Below are positions 28,720-37,121 of a DNA stretch of 64,000 nt, one piece after another. Location: positions 38,277-102,276 of the IMG/VR virus record IMGVR_UViG_3300017780_002571; one strand, written 5' to 3'. A program made the translations under genes and the position numbers. The stretch comes from a virus. The notes beneath the pieces are model-generated. The model was not told where the DNA came from and did no database searches. It was given only the letters and a program-made list of their open reading frames with translations. Each line of letters begins with the position of its first letter. Position 1 is the first letter of the stretch.

Positions 28720-30528
28720 TTAGCTAGCCATGCCATGCGCAACACCACAAAGCTGGGAGAGGCCTTCGAAGTCAGCTTGCACGCCCACCATGTTCTTAGA
28801 GGCCATGATTTCGGTGAACATCTTCAGGTCCTCTGATTCAAGGGCAGAGACCTCGCCCTTCACCACAATAATCTCCTTGGGAGTCAAGAGGCAAGGCCCC
28901 GAGAGGCCCAAGGCGTTAGCCCACTGATCTGCAAGCTGCACCAGCCCCACAGAAGCACTCTTCCGAGCATTGACAGCCACTGGGTCCGCTGGAGGCTTCA
29001 CAGCCCCGGCAGGCACCTTAGGCTTGGGTTCGGAGTCATCCTCTAGGTCTGGGTCTTGGACTTGAGCAGGATTACTTGGAGCACCGGGCACGATTGGCGG
29101 CATCTCAGGCTCGTCGGACTCTTCCAAGTGCAGTCCAGTCAGAGTGTTTAGCTCCTTCACGGCACTTTCGTTGCTCACCACCTTAGCCGTGATAGCCATC
29201 TGGAGGCCCTTCAACTGATTGTCCACGTTGGTCAGGACCATGGGCTTGGACTTGAACTCGTAGCTCTTCACTCCAAGCGCCTTCACGATCCAGCGCATCC
29301 GCTCATCGAACTCAACCCGCTCTGGTGCGAACACCTGAGCCTCGGCAGTCATGTACCCGGTCAGGGCCGTGGCAAAGTTGTAGTCCTGTGCGCGTCCTGT
29401 GAACAGAGGCGGAAGCCTGAAGGACGCACGAACGTGGTCCTCTGCATTCTTGTCGTACTGCTGGAACATGGCGTCTTGCATACGCTCCGCTCCGAAGCGC
29501 TCCAGTGTCACTTTCACAGAGCCTGCAGAATCCAAGGACCCTGAGGAGGAGATGGCTTCCACGATGGCTGCCCGATGCTTGCTCCCAGAACCGCTTAGAT
29601 GGGCCTGCAAGGAATCTTTCACGCCATCCCCTAGGTAACCCCCTTGCACCACCACCAAGACGGGTGGTAGGCCTCCAGAATCAAAGAACTCTAGGTTGAA
29701 CTCTTCAGCCTTACGAGAGCCAAGGATAGATGGGAGCTGATTTATCCAGCGTGGAGAGCCGTAGGGAGTCTTAGCCTCCTTGGTAAGGGTGAAGTGCAAT
29801 ATCTCACTCGCACGCTTCTCGATGGGAAGAGTAGCCCCTGCCGGAGCCCAAGTACCCGTGTCTCGATCCAGATCACGAGAGGCTTGAAACTCCTTGAAGT
29901 ACACCTTCTTCCCGTTGATCAATTGCACGTATCGGCGTTCCCGGGTTCGAACCGACACAGGAATCTCAGCACCTCCACGAGACAGAGTGCGGGTTACCTG
30001 TACAGGTTCGTCCAACACGACTAGACGAAGGTCTGTTGCGAACACGTTGTTCAGCATCATGACTTCCCCCTTGAGATTCTTGATCACCTCAAGGTACCCA
30101 TTCCCAGTGCTCTCAAGGTCGGAACGAAGCTCCCGGCGAATGGCCACCATGGATTTATTGGGGTAGGGTTCAGAAAAGAAATCCTCCAGAATCTTCTTTT
30201 CTTTCGCGTTCTCAGGCTTGCCCTCGATCAGCTCAATGCTGTGGCCCGTACCATCAACGTTGACCTCCATAATCTCAATACACTGGGCCAAGATGTTGTT
30301 GGCAGTGGTCAGAGCTTGAAGGACCCCCGGCTTGAACGTAGGCTCAATGATGACCACCCCCGCATTGTTGCCTTGAGTAGTGTAGGACCCCGCAAAGGTG
30401 TCCTCCGGGGAGGCGTCCACCCCGTTGGTGATCAGAGCTGCGGTGTCTCCGGCCTTACGCACGGAAACCCCGGTGAACGAGGCCTTGTGATTCTGCGGGG
30501 CTAGGTGCGGTGGCTTAACGTTGCTCAT
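28720..30528 (-). CDS. Portal protein (PBSX/P2-like)
   Basis: DLESTGNGYLEV, EILHF, PYGSPRW, FNLEFFDSGGLP, FRLPPLFTGRAQDYNFATA. Confidence 0.93.
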   Translation of the reverse strand: MSNVKPPHLAPQNHKASFTGVSVRKAGDTAALITNGVDASPEDTFAGSYTTQGNNAGVVIIEPTFKPGVLQALTTANNILAQCIEIMEVNVDGTGHSIELIEGKPENAKEKKILEDFFSEPYPNKSMVAIRRELRSDLESTGNGYLEVIKNLKGEVMMLNNVFATDLRLVVLDEPVQVTRTLSRGGAEIPVSVRTRERRYVQLINGKKVYFKEFQASRDLDRDTGTWAPAGATLPIEKRASEILHFTLTKEAKTPYGSPRWINQLPSILGSRKAEEFNLEFFDSGGLPPVLVVVQGGYLGDGVKDSLQAHLSGSGSKHRAAIVEAISSSGSLDSAGSVKVTLERFGAERMQDAMFQQYDKNAEDHVRASFRLPPLFTGRAQDYNFATALTGYMTAEAQVFAPERVEFDERMRWIVKALGVKSYEFKSKPMVLTNVDNQLKGLQMAITAKVVSNESAVKELNTLTGLHLEESDEPEMPPIVPGAPSNPAQVQDPDLEDDSEPKPKVPAGAVKPPADPVAVNARKSASVGLVQLADQWANALGLSGPCLLTPKEIIVVKGEVSALESEDLKMFTEIMASKNMVGVQADFEGLSQLCGVAHGMAS

Positions 30529-30536
30529 GGTAGTCC

Positions 30537-32921
30537 TTAAAGGCCCTTCATCTTCTTGAGGTAAGCGAAGCTCAACACCCCCTCAGGATCAGGGATGCAG
30601 CACTCTGCGTCGGTGGTGAATTGTAACTGGTGATCCCATCCAAACATAGCCTTCAGAGGTAAGTTGTCCATGATGGCTTTTAGACGTTTAGCCCAGAGAA
30701 CCTCATCCCCCAGTGGCACGTAGAAAGCGCATGCGTCATGAGTCATCATGAACATATCTACCTGATCCCCGTACTCCTTGTCGATCAAGATCATAGCCAA
30801 CTGCATCATGTCTGACAAGCAGGACTGCACCGGACTGTTAACCGCTTGACGCTCAGCTTGTGCCTGTGCTTCCCGGTCACGAGAAGTGATCAGAGGTAGG
30901 TGCCGGACTCGGCCCAATGGGGAGCGGATAAACCCGGTCCTCTTGGCGATATTCTTGTACTCATTGTGCCACCCGGGAAGGCGGCTGTACAGGTCAAAGA
31001 ATGCTACCCGCTTTTGACCCGCCTCCGCGAGGGTGTACTTCACCCCATAGGTGGAGAATGCGTAGTCCATAAACCCAGTCTCACCCATGCCGTAGATCAA
31101 GCCGAAGTTGCCAGCCTTTCCACCAGACCGCAGCTCATCGCGGAGGTCGTCTGGTAGGAGCATGAAATCCTCATACTTGTAGCCGTTGATCTGGGCCGCC
31201 GTAATGGCGTGCAGGTCCGCCCCATTCTTGTAGGCCTGCAGCATCACAGGCTCCTCCGCCAAGCATGCCGCAATCTTCAACTCCCCTTGAGAGTAGTCAA
31301 TCTGCAGGATGGTCTTCCCGGGGGGCGGGACCATGGCGCGGCGAAGCTTCTTGCTCCACTTGGTATGTTTGGGCGTAGTCTGTACGGCTGGGTCCGACGC
31401 GGAGGTGCGTCCCGTGACGGTACCACTATCCTTGTTGCCTCCCTCAAAGCCACCGCGTGCTAAGCGGTAGGACGGATGAAACTTCCCATCGCTGCGAAGG
31501 TGCTTCAGGAACCCCACCACAAAAGTGCTCAAGGTCTTGCTGGCGCTGTTGCTCTCCTTGAGCAGGTCCACAAACGCCTTAGCCTCGGGCACGTCAGAGA
31601 ACGTTAGCAAGTGGTCAATCGCGGTGGAGGCCTCCTTAGCCTTCTCTGTGTACTGGGTGGCTTTTAGGTTCAAACCCGCTGGGGTGAACAGGAACTCCCG
31701 CATGAGCGCTGGACGGGATAGGCTGAAGTTGTCTTGGTACTTGATAGCCAGCTTGCGAGGGATCATCTTTTTCATGAGCCCATCAAGCCTAGCAATCTCA
31801 GTCTCCAACTCAGCCTGCAGTTTGTGGTAGTAGGGGATGTCAAGGCACACCCCGGTACGCTCCATCTTCTCGAATACCTTGGAGGATGGGTGGAGCACCT
31901 TGACGTAGAAATTGGCAAGCTGTCGATCTTTCACCAGCTCCTCTTTCATCACCTCCGCTACTTGGTAGGTGGCGTCGGTGTCTCCGCCAACGTAGGGCAG
32001 AAGCTTAGGCTTGGGCAGCTTTTCCAATTCACCCATGGTGATGCCCAGCCTTGCCAGCTCCTGCTTCATGTCGTCCTCATACCCGCCCATGGGGGTGTAC
32101 ACCTTCGCATGTAGCTTGAGGCTGTTGGACCTGTTCTCGTCCAGAAGGGACCCTACAAGCAGGGTGTCCATTTTCAGGTTGGTGACATCAATCTCCCACT
32201 TCCGAAATATCCAGCGAGAGTCGTACTTGAAGTTGGCTCCTCGGAGGGTGATCTTGGGGCTGGTAAACATCCAGTGAAGCTGATCCCATAAACCCTCCCA
32301 GTAGGACTGGGCTTCATTGTGCCAAGGGTCCTTAGATCGCGTAGGCACCTCCCCCTTGTCGAAGTACAACACGTCCGCCATGCCCTTGGAGTCGGTAAAG
32401 GAGCAGGCGATGATCCATGCATCAGGGTTGTACTCGTCTAGGCCCTTGGTCTCCAAGTCAGCAGTGACTACCACTGCCGTACCAGTGGCCTCGTACTTAG
32501 CGTCAATCCGTTCGATCATCTCATGCAGGGACTCCACGTACCGATACGTGCCTATCGGTGGCTTGGTGGAGCCTGTAGCGTGCATGCGGATAGCGAGTTG
32601 CACGTCCCATTGAATCTCTGGCAGGCGCTCGTACTCTTTCTGCACCATCACAGGGTCAAAGGTAACGAACACAGACCCCTTGGAGGCAGGGATAGCCCGA
32701 TCCCGGAGGCTGGTTATCGTGCGCCCTTTGGGGACTAGCCCTTGGCTGAGGAGAGTGGCTAGGGCCTTGCCTCCACATGCAAGTAAGACATCTCCGTCAG
32801 CCAAGAAAGGCATCTTGGAGATGTCCGAATCCACCCGGTGATCCACTTTCTGTCTTGCAACTATCGGCCCTATGACTTTGCGAATTAACTGCGCGTCCGC
32901 AGTTGTCCAGATGATTAGCAT
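30537..32921 (-). CDS. Family A DNA polymerase with 3'-5' exonuclease
   Basis: ADLETKG (exo I), ANFKYD, TVTGRTS, DYSQGELK (motif A), KAGNFGLIYG (motif B), THDA (motif C). Confidence 0.97.
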   Translation of the reverse strand: MLIIWTTADAQLIRKVIGPIVARQKVDHRVDSDISKMPFLADGDVLLACGGKALATLLSQGLVPKGRTITSLRDRAIPASKGSVFVTFDPVMVQKEYERLPEIQWDVQLAIRMHATGSTKPPIGTYRYVESLHEMIERIDAKYEATGTAVVVTADLETKGLDEYNPDAWIIACSFTDSKGMADVLYFDKGEVPTRSKDPWHNEAQSYWEGLWDQLHWMFTSPKITLRGANFKYDSRWIFRKWEIDVTNLKMDTLLVGSLLDENRSNSLKLHAKVYTPMGGYEDDMKQELARLGITMGELEKLPKPKLLPYVGGDTDATYQVAEVMKEELVKDRQLANFYVKVLHPSSKVFEKMERTGVCLDIPYYHKLQAELETEIARLDGLMKKMIPRKLAIKYQDNFSLSRPALMREFLFTPAGLNLKATQYTEKAKEASTAIDHLLTFSDVPEAKAFVDLLKESNSASKTLSTFVVGFLKHLRSDGKFHPSYRLARGGFEGGNKDSGTVTGRTSASDPAVQTTPKHTKWSKKLRRAMVPPPGKTILQIDYSQGELKIAACLAEEPVMLQAYKNGADLHAITAAQINGYKYEDFMLLPDDLRDELRSGGKAGNFGLIYGMGETGFMDYAFSTYGVKYTLAEAGQKRVAFFDLYSRLPGWHNEYKNIAKRTGFIRSPLGRVRHLPLITSRDREAQAQAERQAVNSPVQSCLSDMMQLAMILIDKEYGDQVDMFMMTHDACAFYVPLGDEVLWAKRLKAIMDNLPLKAMFGWDHQLQFTTDAECCIPDPEGVLSFAYLKKMKGL

Positions 32922-32928
32922 TGATGCC

Positions 32929-33342
32929 TTATGACGGTAGGTTTAATACGGACCAACGGCGGTCCTTCCACAGGTAAGACTTGATGATAGCGCCTCTCAG
33001 AGCTGCCACCACTTGCTTGATCCCCATGGTCTTCGATATCAACGCCTCTGGGGGGGTCCTCACACCGACTACTTCAAGTCGGCTGCCGTCAATCAGGAAG
33101 ACGTTCACCACGCCTGTCTGGTTGAGATGGGAGGCCACAATGTACAGGTTCCCGATCACGTGAGCCACTACCCCCACAGTCTCATTCGCAAAGAACTTTT
33201 GGAGTGTAAGTTTCACTGGAATGGAGAGCCCGGGTAGTGGGCAGTACAGCATGTCGGTGACGCCGGAGACCTTGCCGTCTTCGTAGTTGATATTGATCTG
33301 CAGGGTGTCCGCGATCTTGTTCAGGCTAGTTGCTACATCCAT
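32929..33342 (-). CDS. Hypothetical protein
   Basis: Start MDVATS with GAAGGGG RBS. Confidence 0.6.
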   Translation of the reverse strand: MDVATSLNKIADTLQININYEDGKVSGVTDMLYCPLPGLSIPVKLTLQKFFANETVGVVAHVIGNLYIVASHLNQTGVVNVFLIDGSRLEVVGVRTPPEALISKTMGIKQVVAALRGAIIKSYLWKDRRWSVLNLPS

Positions 33343-33545
33343 ACAATCCCCTTCTTTGTTTTCTTCAGAACAGCCTTGGTCATATAGATGCCATGGCACA
33401 TGACTCGAAAGGTCACTGAGGTTCCATCCGTGGCCTCCACTTGGAATAGCGCTGCCTCAGTGCACAGGCCCCCCAGAGGGCTGGGAGTCTCCACAATGTC
33501 GCCCACCGACAAAGCCAGCAGGGCGTTCAGATCAATAGTGCTCAT
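33333..33545 (-). CDS. Hypothetical protein
   Basis: TAATG-coupled 70-aa ORF. Confidence 0.6.
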   Translation of the reverse strand: MSTIDLNALLALSVGDIVETPSPLGGLCTEAALFQVEATDGTSVTFRVMCHGIYMTKAVLKKTKKGIVWM

Positions 33546-34339
33546 TACTGTCCCCCAATGAATTTGGAGATGTCTGCCACCTCTTTCACCCTATCAAACC
33601 CGATGCGACCTACCAAGGCCCCCAATGATTTGATCATGAGCCCAGTGTTCGACACATCGTAGTGGCCGGAGCTGTAGCCGCCCTTGGCATCCATGCCGAA
33701 GTCCTCTAGGGCCTCTTGGAATTCGTTAAGGTTAGGACCCTCTGCTCGAAGACTCAGCTTGGAGCCTTGGACCCGGGCCGCCACGTTCAGGCCGTCAAAC
33801 ACGGCCAACACGAAGTACACGGAGCCCCCGGTGGTCCCGGTCACTGGGGTGTACACCTTGGTGGCCTTGTACAAGGGGCACGGGTCCTGCTTAGAGAACT
33901 TCCCCGTTGGGGCCTTGGGTACGCTAGGGTAAATCCCTGTGAGGTTAGGCGAGGGAGTAGTCATCTGAACCTTGCCCGGTTTCGGAGTAGCGTGTGCTGG
34001 GTGTGGGGGAGGACTCCCGTTCTTGTTAACGGACAGGCCATCCCACATTGCCGTGTCTGCTCCTGCGATGGCTTTCTTCAGGGCGGACTCAAATTGGAAC
34101 TGCAAGGCTTCCTTGGAGGCGGGTCCAAGGGTCTTGGATTTTGCCAAGCTGATAGCGGAGCCCTTTACGGGCACTGAGCCGTAAACCAGTTCCCCCAACT
34201 TGATTACGAATGTGCCCGGGCTGGATTGGTCCACCGTGACCCCGGCGGTCTGAGCCGTCTGGATCAGGGAGGGATTCACCCCGAATAACGGGAGTAGGCT
34301 GTACCCGTAGTCTTTGTCTGCTTTGAATGAAATTGCCAT
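33545..34339 (-). CDS. Hypothetical protein (264 aa)
   Basis: Own promoter and CCAAGAAGGGG leader; two apparent domains joined by a Pro-rich linker. Confidence 0.7.
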   Translation of the reverse strand: MAISFKADKDYGYSLLPLFGVNPSLIQTAQTAGVTVDQSSPGTFVIKLGELVYGSVPVKGSAISLAKSKTLGPASKEALQFQFESALKKAIAGADTAMWDGLSVNKNGSPPPHPAHATPKPGKVQMTTPSPNLTGIYPSVPKAPTGKFSKQDPCPLYKATKVYTPVTGTTGGSVYFVLAVFDGLNVAARVQGSKLSLRAEGPNLNEFQEALEDFGMDAKGGYSSGHYDVSNTGLMIKSLGALVGRIGFDRVKEVADISKFIGGQ

Positions 34340-34341
34340 TT

Positions 34342-35070
34342 TTATACCCCTTCTTGGATTGAGTCAATTATATCATGTTTTTTAGGTTTGACAAATGTAA
34401 TTGACTCACCCCAGATGTTCAATGGATTCTTCGTCGCGTACGCGGTCAGCTTACCCTTAGGTATCGCCTGCGGCACCTTGTCCAGAGGGGAGGGGTTCGA
34501 CGCAGTAGGGTACCCCTTCGCCGCGTACCAGTCCTTGGACCCATGGCCCCCGGTGTACTCTTTGGCCCCGGATATCTCTTTGATGCCGTAGTGCGTATTC
34601 AGAAACTTCACCTGTGTGTGGGACTCGACTGCCTTCTCGCAGTAGTGCTTGCGTACATAGGTAATGGAATCCAGCTCCCCGGTCATGTGGGTGACAAGGG
34701 CGGCAAGCACGGTACCAGTACGACCATGACCACCGATGCAGCCGATATGGACCAACTTCAGTGCAGTTAATTGCACAGCTATCCATGCAATCATCTTTTT
34801 GAATTCCTCAGGGTCAGCAGGAACCCCCATGTCTGGGATGTAGAAAAGAATCTCCTCCACTTTCTGCTCGTTCCATGGGAACCGTGAAGCAGTCTCCCGC
34901 ATGCTGCGATCAAACCCAATGTAGATATCGGCATTGGACACCATTGGGCTGGAACAGGAACCTCCATAAATCAAGTACTCCCCGATAGGTAGAGGCTTGT
35001 GAGATTCGAAGCACCGTGCGTAGCCTGTAGTGCCAGCACGTTTCTGGGTATGGGTATGGTGTTTGCTCAT
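34342..35070 (-). CDS. Cys-based (PTP/DSP-like) phosphatase
   Basis: IPDMGVP acid loop, HIGCIGGHGRTG (CX5R), AVESHTQ. Confidence 0.9.
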   Translation of the reverse strand: MSKHHTHTQKRAGTTGYARCFESHKPLPIGEYLIYGGSCSSPMVSNADIYIGFDRSMRETASRFPWNEQKVEEILFYIPDMGVPADPEEFKKMIAWIAVQLTALKLVHIGCIGGHGRTGTVLAALVTHMTGELDSITYVRKHYCEKAVESHTQVKFLNTHYGIKEISGAKEYTGGHGSKDWYAAKGYPTASNPSPLDKVPQAIPKGKLTAYATKNPLNIWGESITFVKPKKHDIIDSIQEGV

Positions 35071-36173
35071 GCTGACCTCGTAACTTTCTTGATAAATTGG
35101 CCGGGAAAGATTTCCACATTGGCCTTCATTGCCTTCAGAGCCTCAACCGCCTTGAGCTCAGCCTTAGCCTCCTCTGCCGCTTTCTTCGCCTTGAACTTGG
35201 ACGGATACCCGTGCTTGGCTATCTGCTTGGTCTTTTGGTCCGGGTAGGTCTTCAGAGCTCCAAGCTCTTCCACGAGGAACCAGTCCACGTGGCCTATGAA
35301 CTCGTCTCCTAGAACTTTGTAGCAGTCAGCCCACACCTGTTTCACCTTAGGGTCCGAGCTAACGGCTGCTTGATTGTCTGCCACCAACTGAGGAATCTGA
35401 CCACTGCGCTGCACGTCCAGAATCTTGTAAATCTCGTGGCCGTAGGAGTCGAACAACATGCCCTTGTTGAAAATCGGGCCGTTGTTGTGGCACAGGGTGA
35501 AGCTGGTATCCATCATCATCTCTGCCGTGATCTTCCCATGCACGAAGTCTCTCAGCACATCCGCCACCGCGCCCCATGCTGGGCCTCCGTACCCGCCCGG
35601 GTACTTCCCTTGGTAGAAGATGTCCGACAGAAAGCTCGTGTACTTTCCGAGGGTTGTGATCGGAGCCTTGTCCTGAAACATCTGGGCTGCTTGCAACGAA
35701 CCGTTGCCCTTCAAAGTCTTGTGGAAGTTCGTGACCTCTACCCCGTACTTGTGAGTCATGGCCAGATAGGCGCTGCCAGACTTGTCGCAGTTGTCATGCC
35801 GAGATTCACGGGTACAGATCAGGAGCATGTAGGCAAACATCCGAGAGGCTCTGGCTGCCAGTTCCACGTGGTACGCCTCCATGATGGGCAGGTACTTGCC
35901 TAGGGGCTCATACACGTGAACCCGCTGGCGTACCAGAGTAGCGGCATGGTTCAGCATGTAGAACATCACTGCATCCTTCTCAGGGATGCCGCTAACTTTC
36001 TCAGTGTCTGTGCCTGCGTCTCCGATAGCCTCGTACAGGTTGGTCAGAGTTAGCAGCCGCTTAATCGCCGCCACCGCTGGCCCTAAAGGCAAGGCACTCA
36101 TGTCCCGATGTTGCAGGGCTGGCCGCATACCGACTTGGTACGCTAGCGTGTCCTGATTCAAACTTTGCTTCAT
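35067..36173 (-). CDS. Uncharacterised helical protein with GGYGGxxW and HNNG motifs
   Basis: 368 aa; ICTRESRH, YPGGYGGPAWGAVAD, LCHNNGPIFNKG look like catalytic motifs; ATGA-coupled to the phosphatase. Confidence 0.75.
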   Translation of the reverse strand: MKQSLNQDTLAYQVGMRPALQHRDMSALPLGPAVAAIKRLLTLTNLYEAIGDAGTDTEKVSGIPEKDAVMFYMLNHAATLVRQRVHVYEPLGKYLPIMEAYHVELAARASRMFAYMLLICTRESRHDNCDKSGSAYLAMTHKYGVEVTNFHKTLKGNGSLQAAQMFQDKAPITTLGKYTSFLSDIFYQGKYPGGYGGPAWGAVADVLRDFVHGKITAEMMMDTSFTLCHNNGPIFNKGMLFDSYGHEIYKILDVQRSGQIPQLVADNQAAVSSDPKVKQVWADCYKVLGDEFIGHVDWFLVEELGALKTYPDQKTKQIAKHGYPSKFKAKKAAEEAKAELKAVEALKAMKANVEIFPGQFIKKVTRSA

Positions 36174-36237
36174 TACCCCTCCTAGGTTTCGCTGCTTGTA
36201 TGAATTATATCATAAAAGTGAGTTTGTCAAATATAAA

Positions 36238-36263
36238 TTTAACCGCGTTTTAAGGCGGTTAAA
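36238..36263. terminator. Hairpin between phosphatase gene and next promoter
   Basis: TTTAACCGC-N8-GCGGTTAAA. Confidence 0.5.
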
Positions 36264-36282
36264 CCGTCCGGTAGGGGGTAGG

Positions 36283-36858
36283 TCAGGGCACGGCTTTGAA
36301 AGCGGCTTGTAGGCTGTGTAGGACCCACGAGACAGGCCCTAGGTACACAACCTTCTCTACAGTCTGCACTTGAGGCTGGTGGTAGTGACCCAACCACGCC
36401 AACATGGGACTGGTATCAAACCGAGCCACAAAGTTCTGTTGGCTTGCGGTCTCCACTGCATGCCCAAGGTAGTGAGCTCGAACGTACGCCACTGGGGTGT
36501 TTGGGACGGGCAAGTCCGCCCCAGTCGCCTCAGCGTACTGGATCATCACTTTGGCCATGCAAGCCATGTACAGCCCAGTACGACCAATTCCGCCCATGCA
36601 CCCAGCGTACACGTCATTACCCTTGCTCAATGCCTGCAGGCCGAACAGGATGCCTCGCTGCATATCGGACTGCTCTGGTATGGAGAAGTCTTCGGTGTCC
36701 ACCTTGAAGTCGTACGGGTGGTCAATCTCCGCTGCCATCTTCACACCCACAAGGCGTCGAGTGCCCTTCAGGTATCGGCGGAATGGTCCGCCGTAGATGT
36801 TGCCCTCAATGGTGCCAAAGGACACAGGGATGTTTTTTTCTAAAGTCATTTGTTGCAT
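36283..36858 (-). CDS. Second Cys-based (PTP/DSP-like) phosphatase
   Basis: TEDFSIP, AGCMGGIGRTG (CX5R), AVETASQQNFV. Confidence 0.9.
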   Translation of the reverse strand: MQQMTLEKNIPVSFGTIEGNIYGGPFRRYLKGTRRLVGVKMAAEIDHPYDFKVDTEDFSIPEQSDMQRGILFGLQALSKGNDVYAGCMGGIGRTGLYMACMAKVMIQYAEATGADLPVPNTPVAYVRAHYLGHAVETASQQNFVARFDTSPMLAWLGHYHQPQVQTVEKVVYLGPVSWVLHSLQAAFKAVP

Positions 36859-37121
36859 TACGCTCTCCTAGTTCTGGTTACAAAAAAGTCTGGTGCCTCG
36901 ATCTGCACACGTACCCGGTGCAGGTGCCCCTCTTGTGGGAACGGTGCTCGGAGCTGAATCCCCTTAGCTATCGTCACCCACGAATCTTCATTCACAGCAA
37001 AAAGCTGGTCATTCGCCCTCACCACAAAATCGGAGGAGCTGTGCACCGTGGTGACACAAACCTCAAGGTCTCCGACTTTGAATGTGGCCCCTTCTCCGAG
37101 GAGAGTTATGGTCAAGGCCAT
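36858..37121 (-). CDS. Small beta-rich protein, CsrA-like
   Basis: LTITLLGEGATFKVGDLEVCV and VRVQIEAP...VTR resemble the two ends of CsrA. Confidence 0.45.
   Translation of the reverse strand: MALTITLLGEGATFKVGDLEVCVTTVHSSSDFVVRANDQLFAVNEDSWVTIAKGIQLRAPFPQEGHLHRVRVQIEAPDFFVTRTRRA

Noticed and set aside
32880-32893. Possible extra palindrome GCGAATTAACTGCG in the largest gap
   Set aside because: Four mismatches to consensus; not counted.
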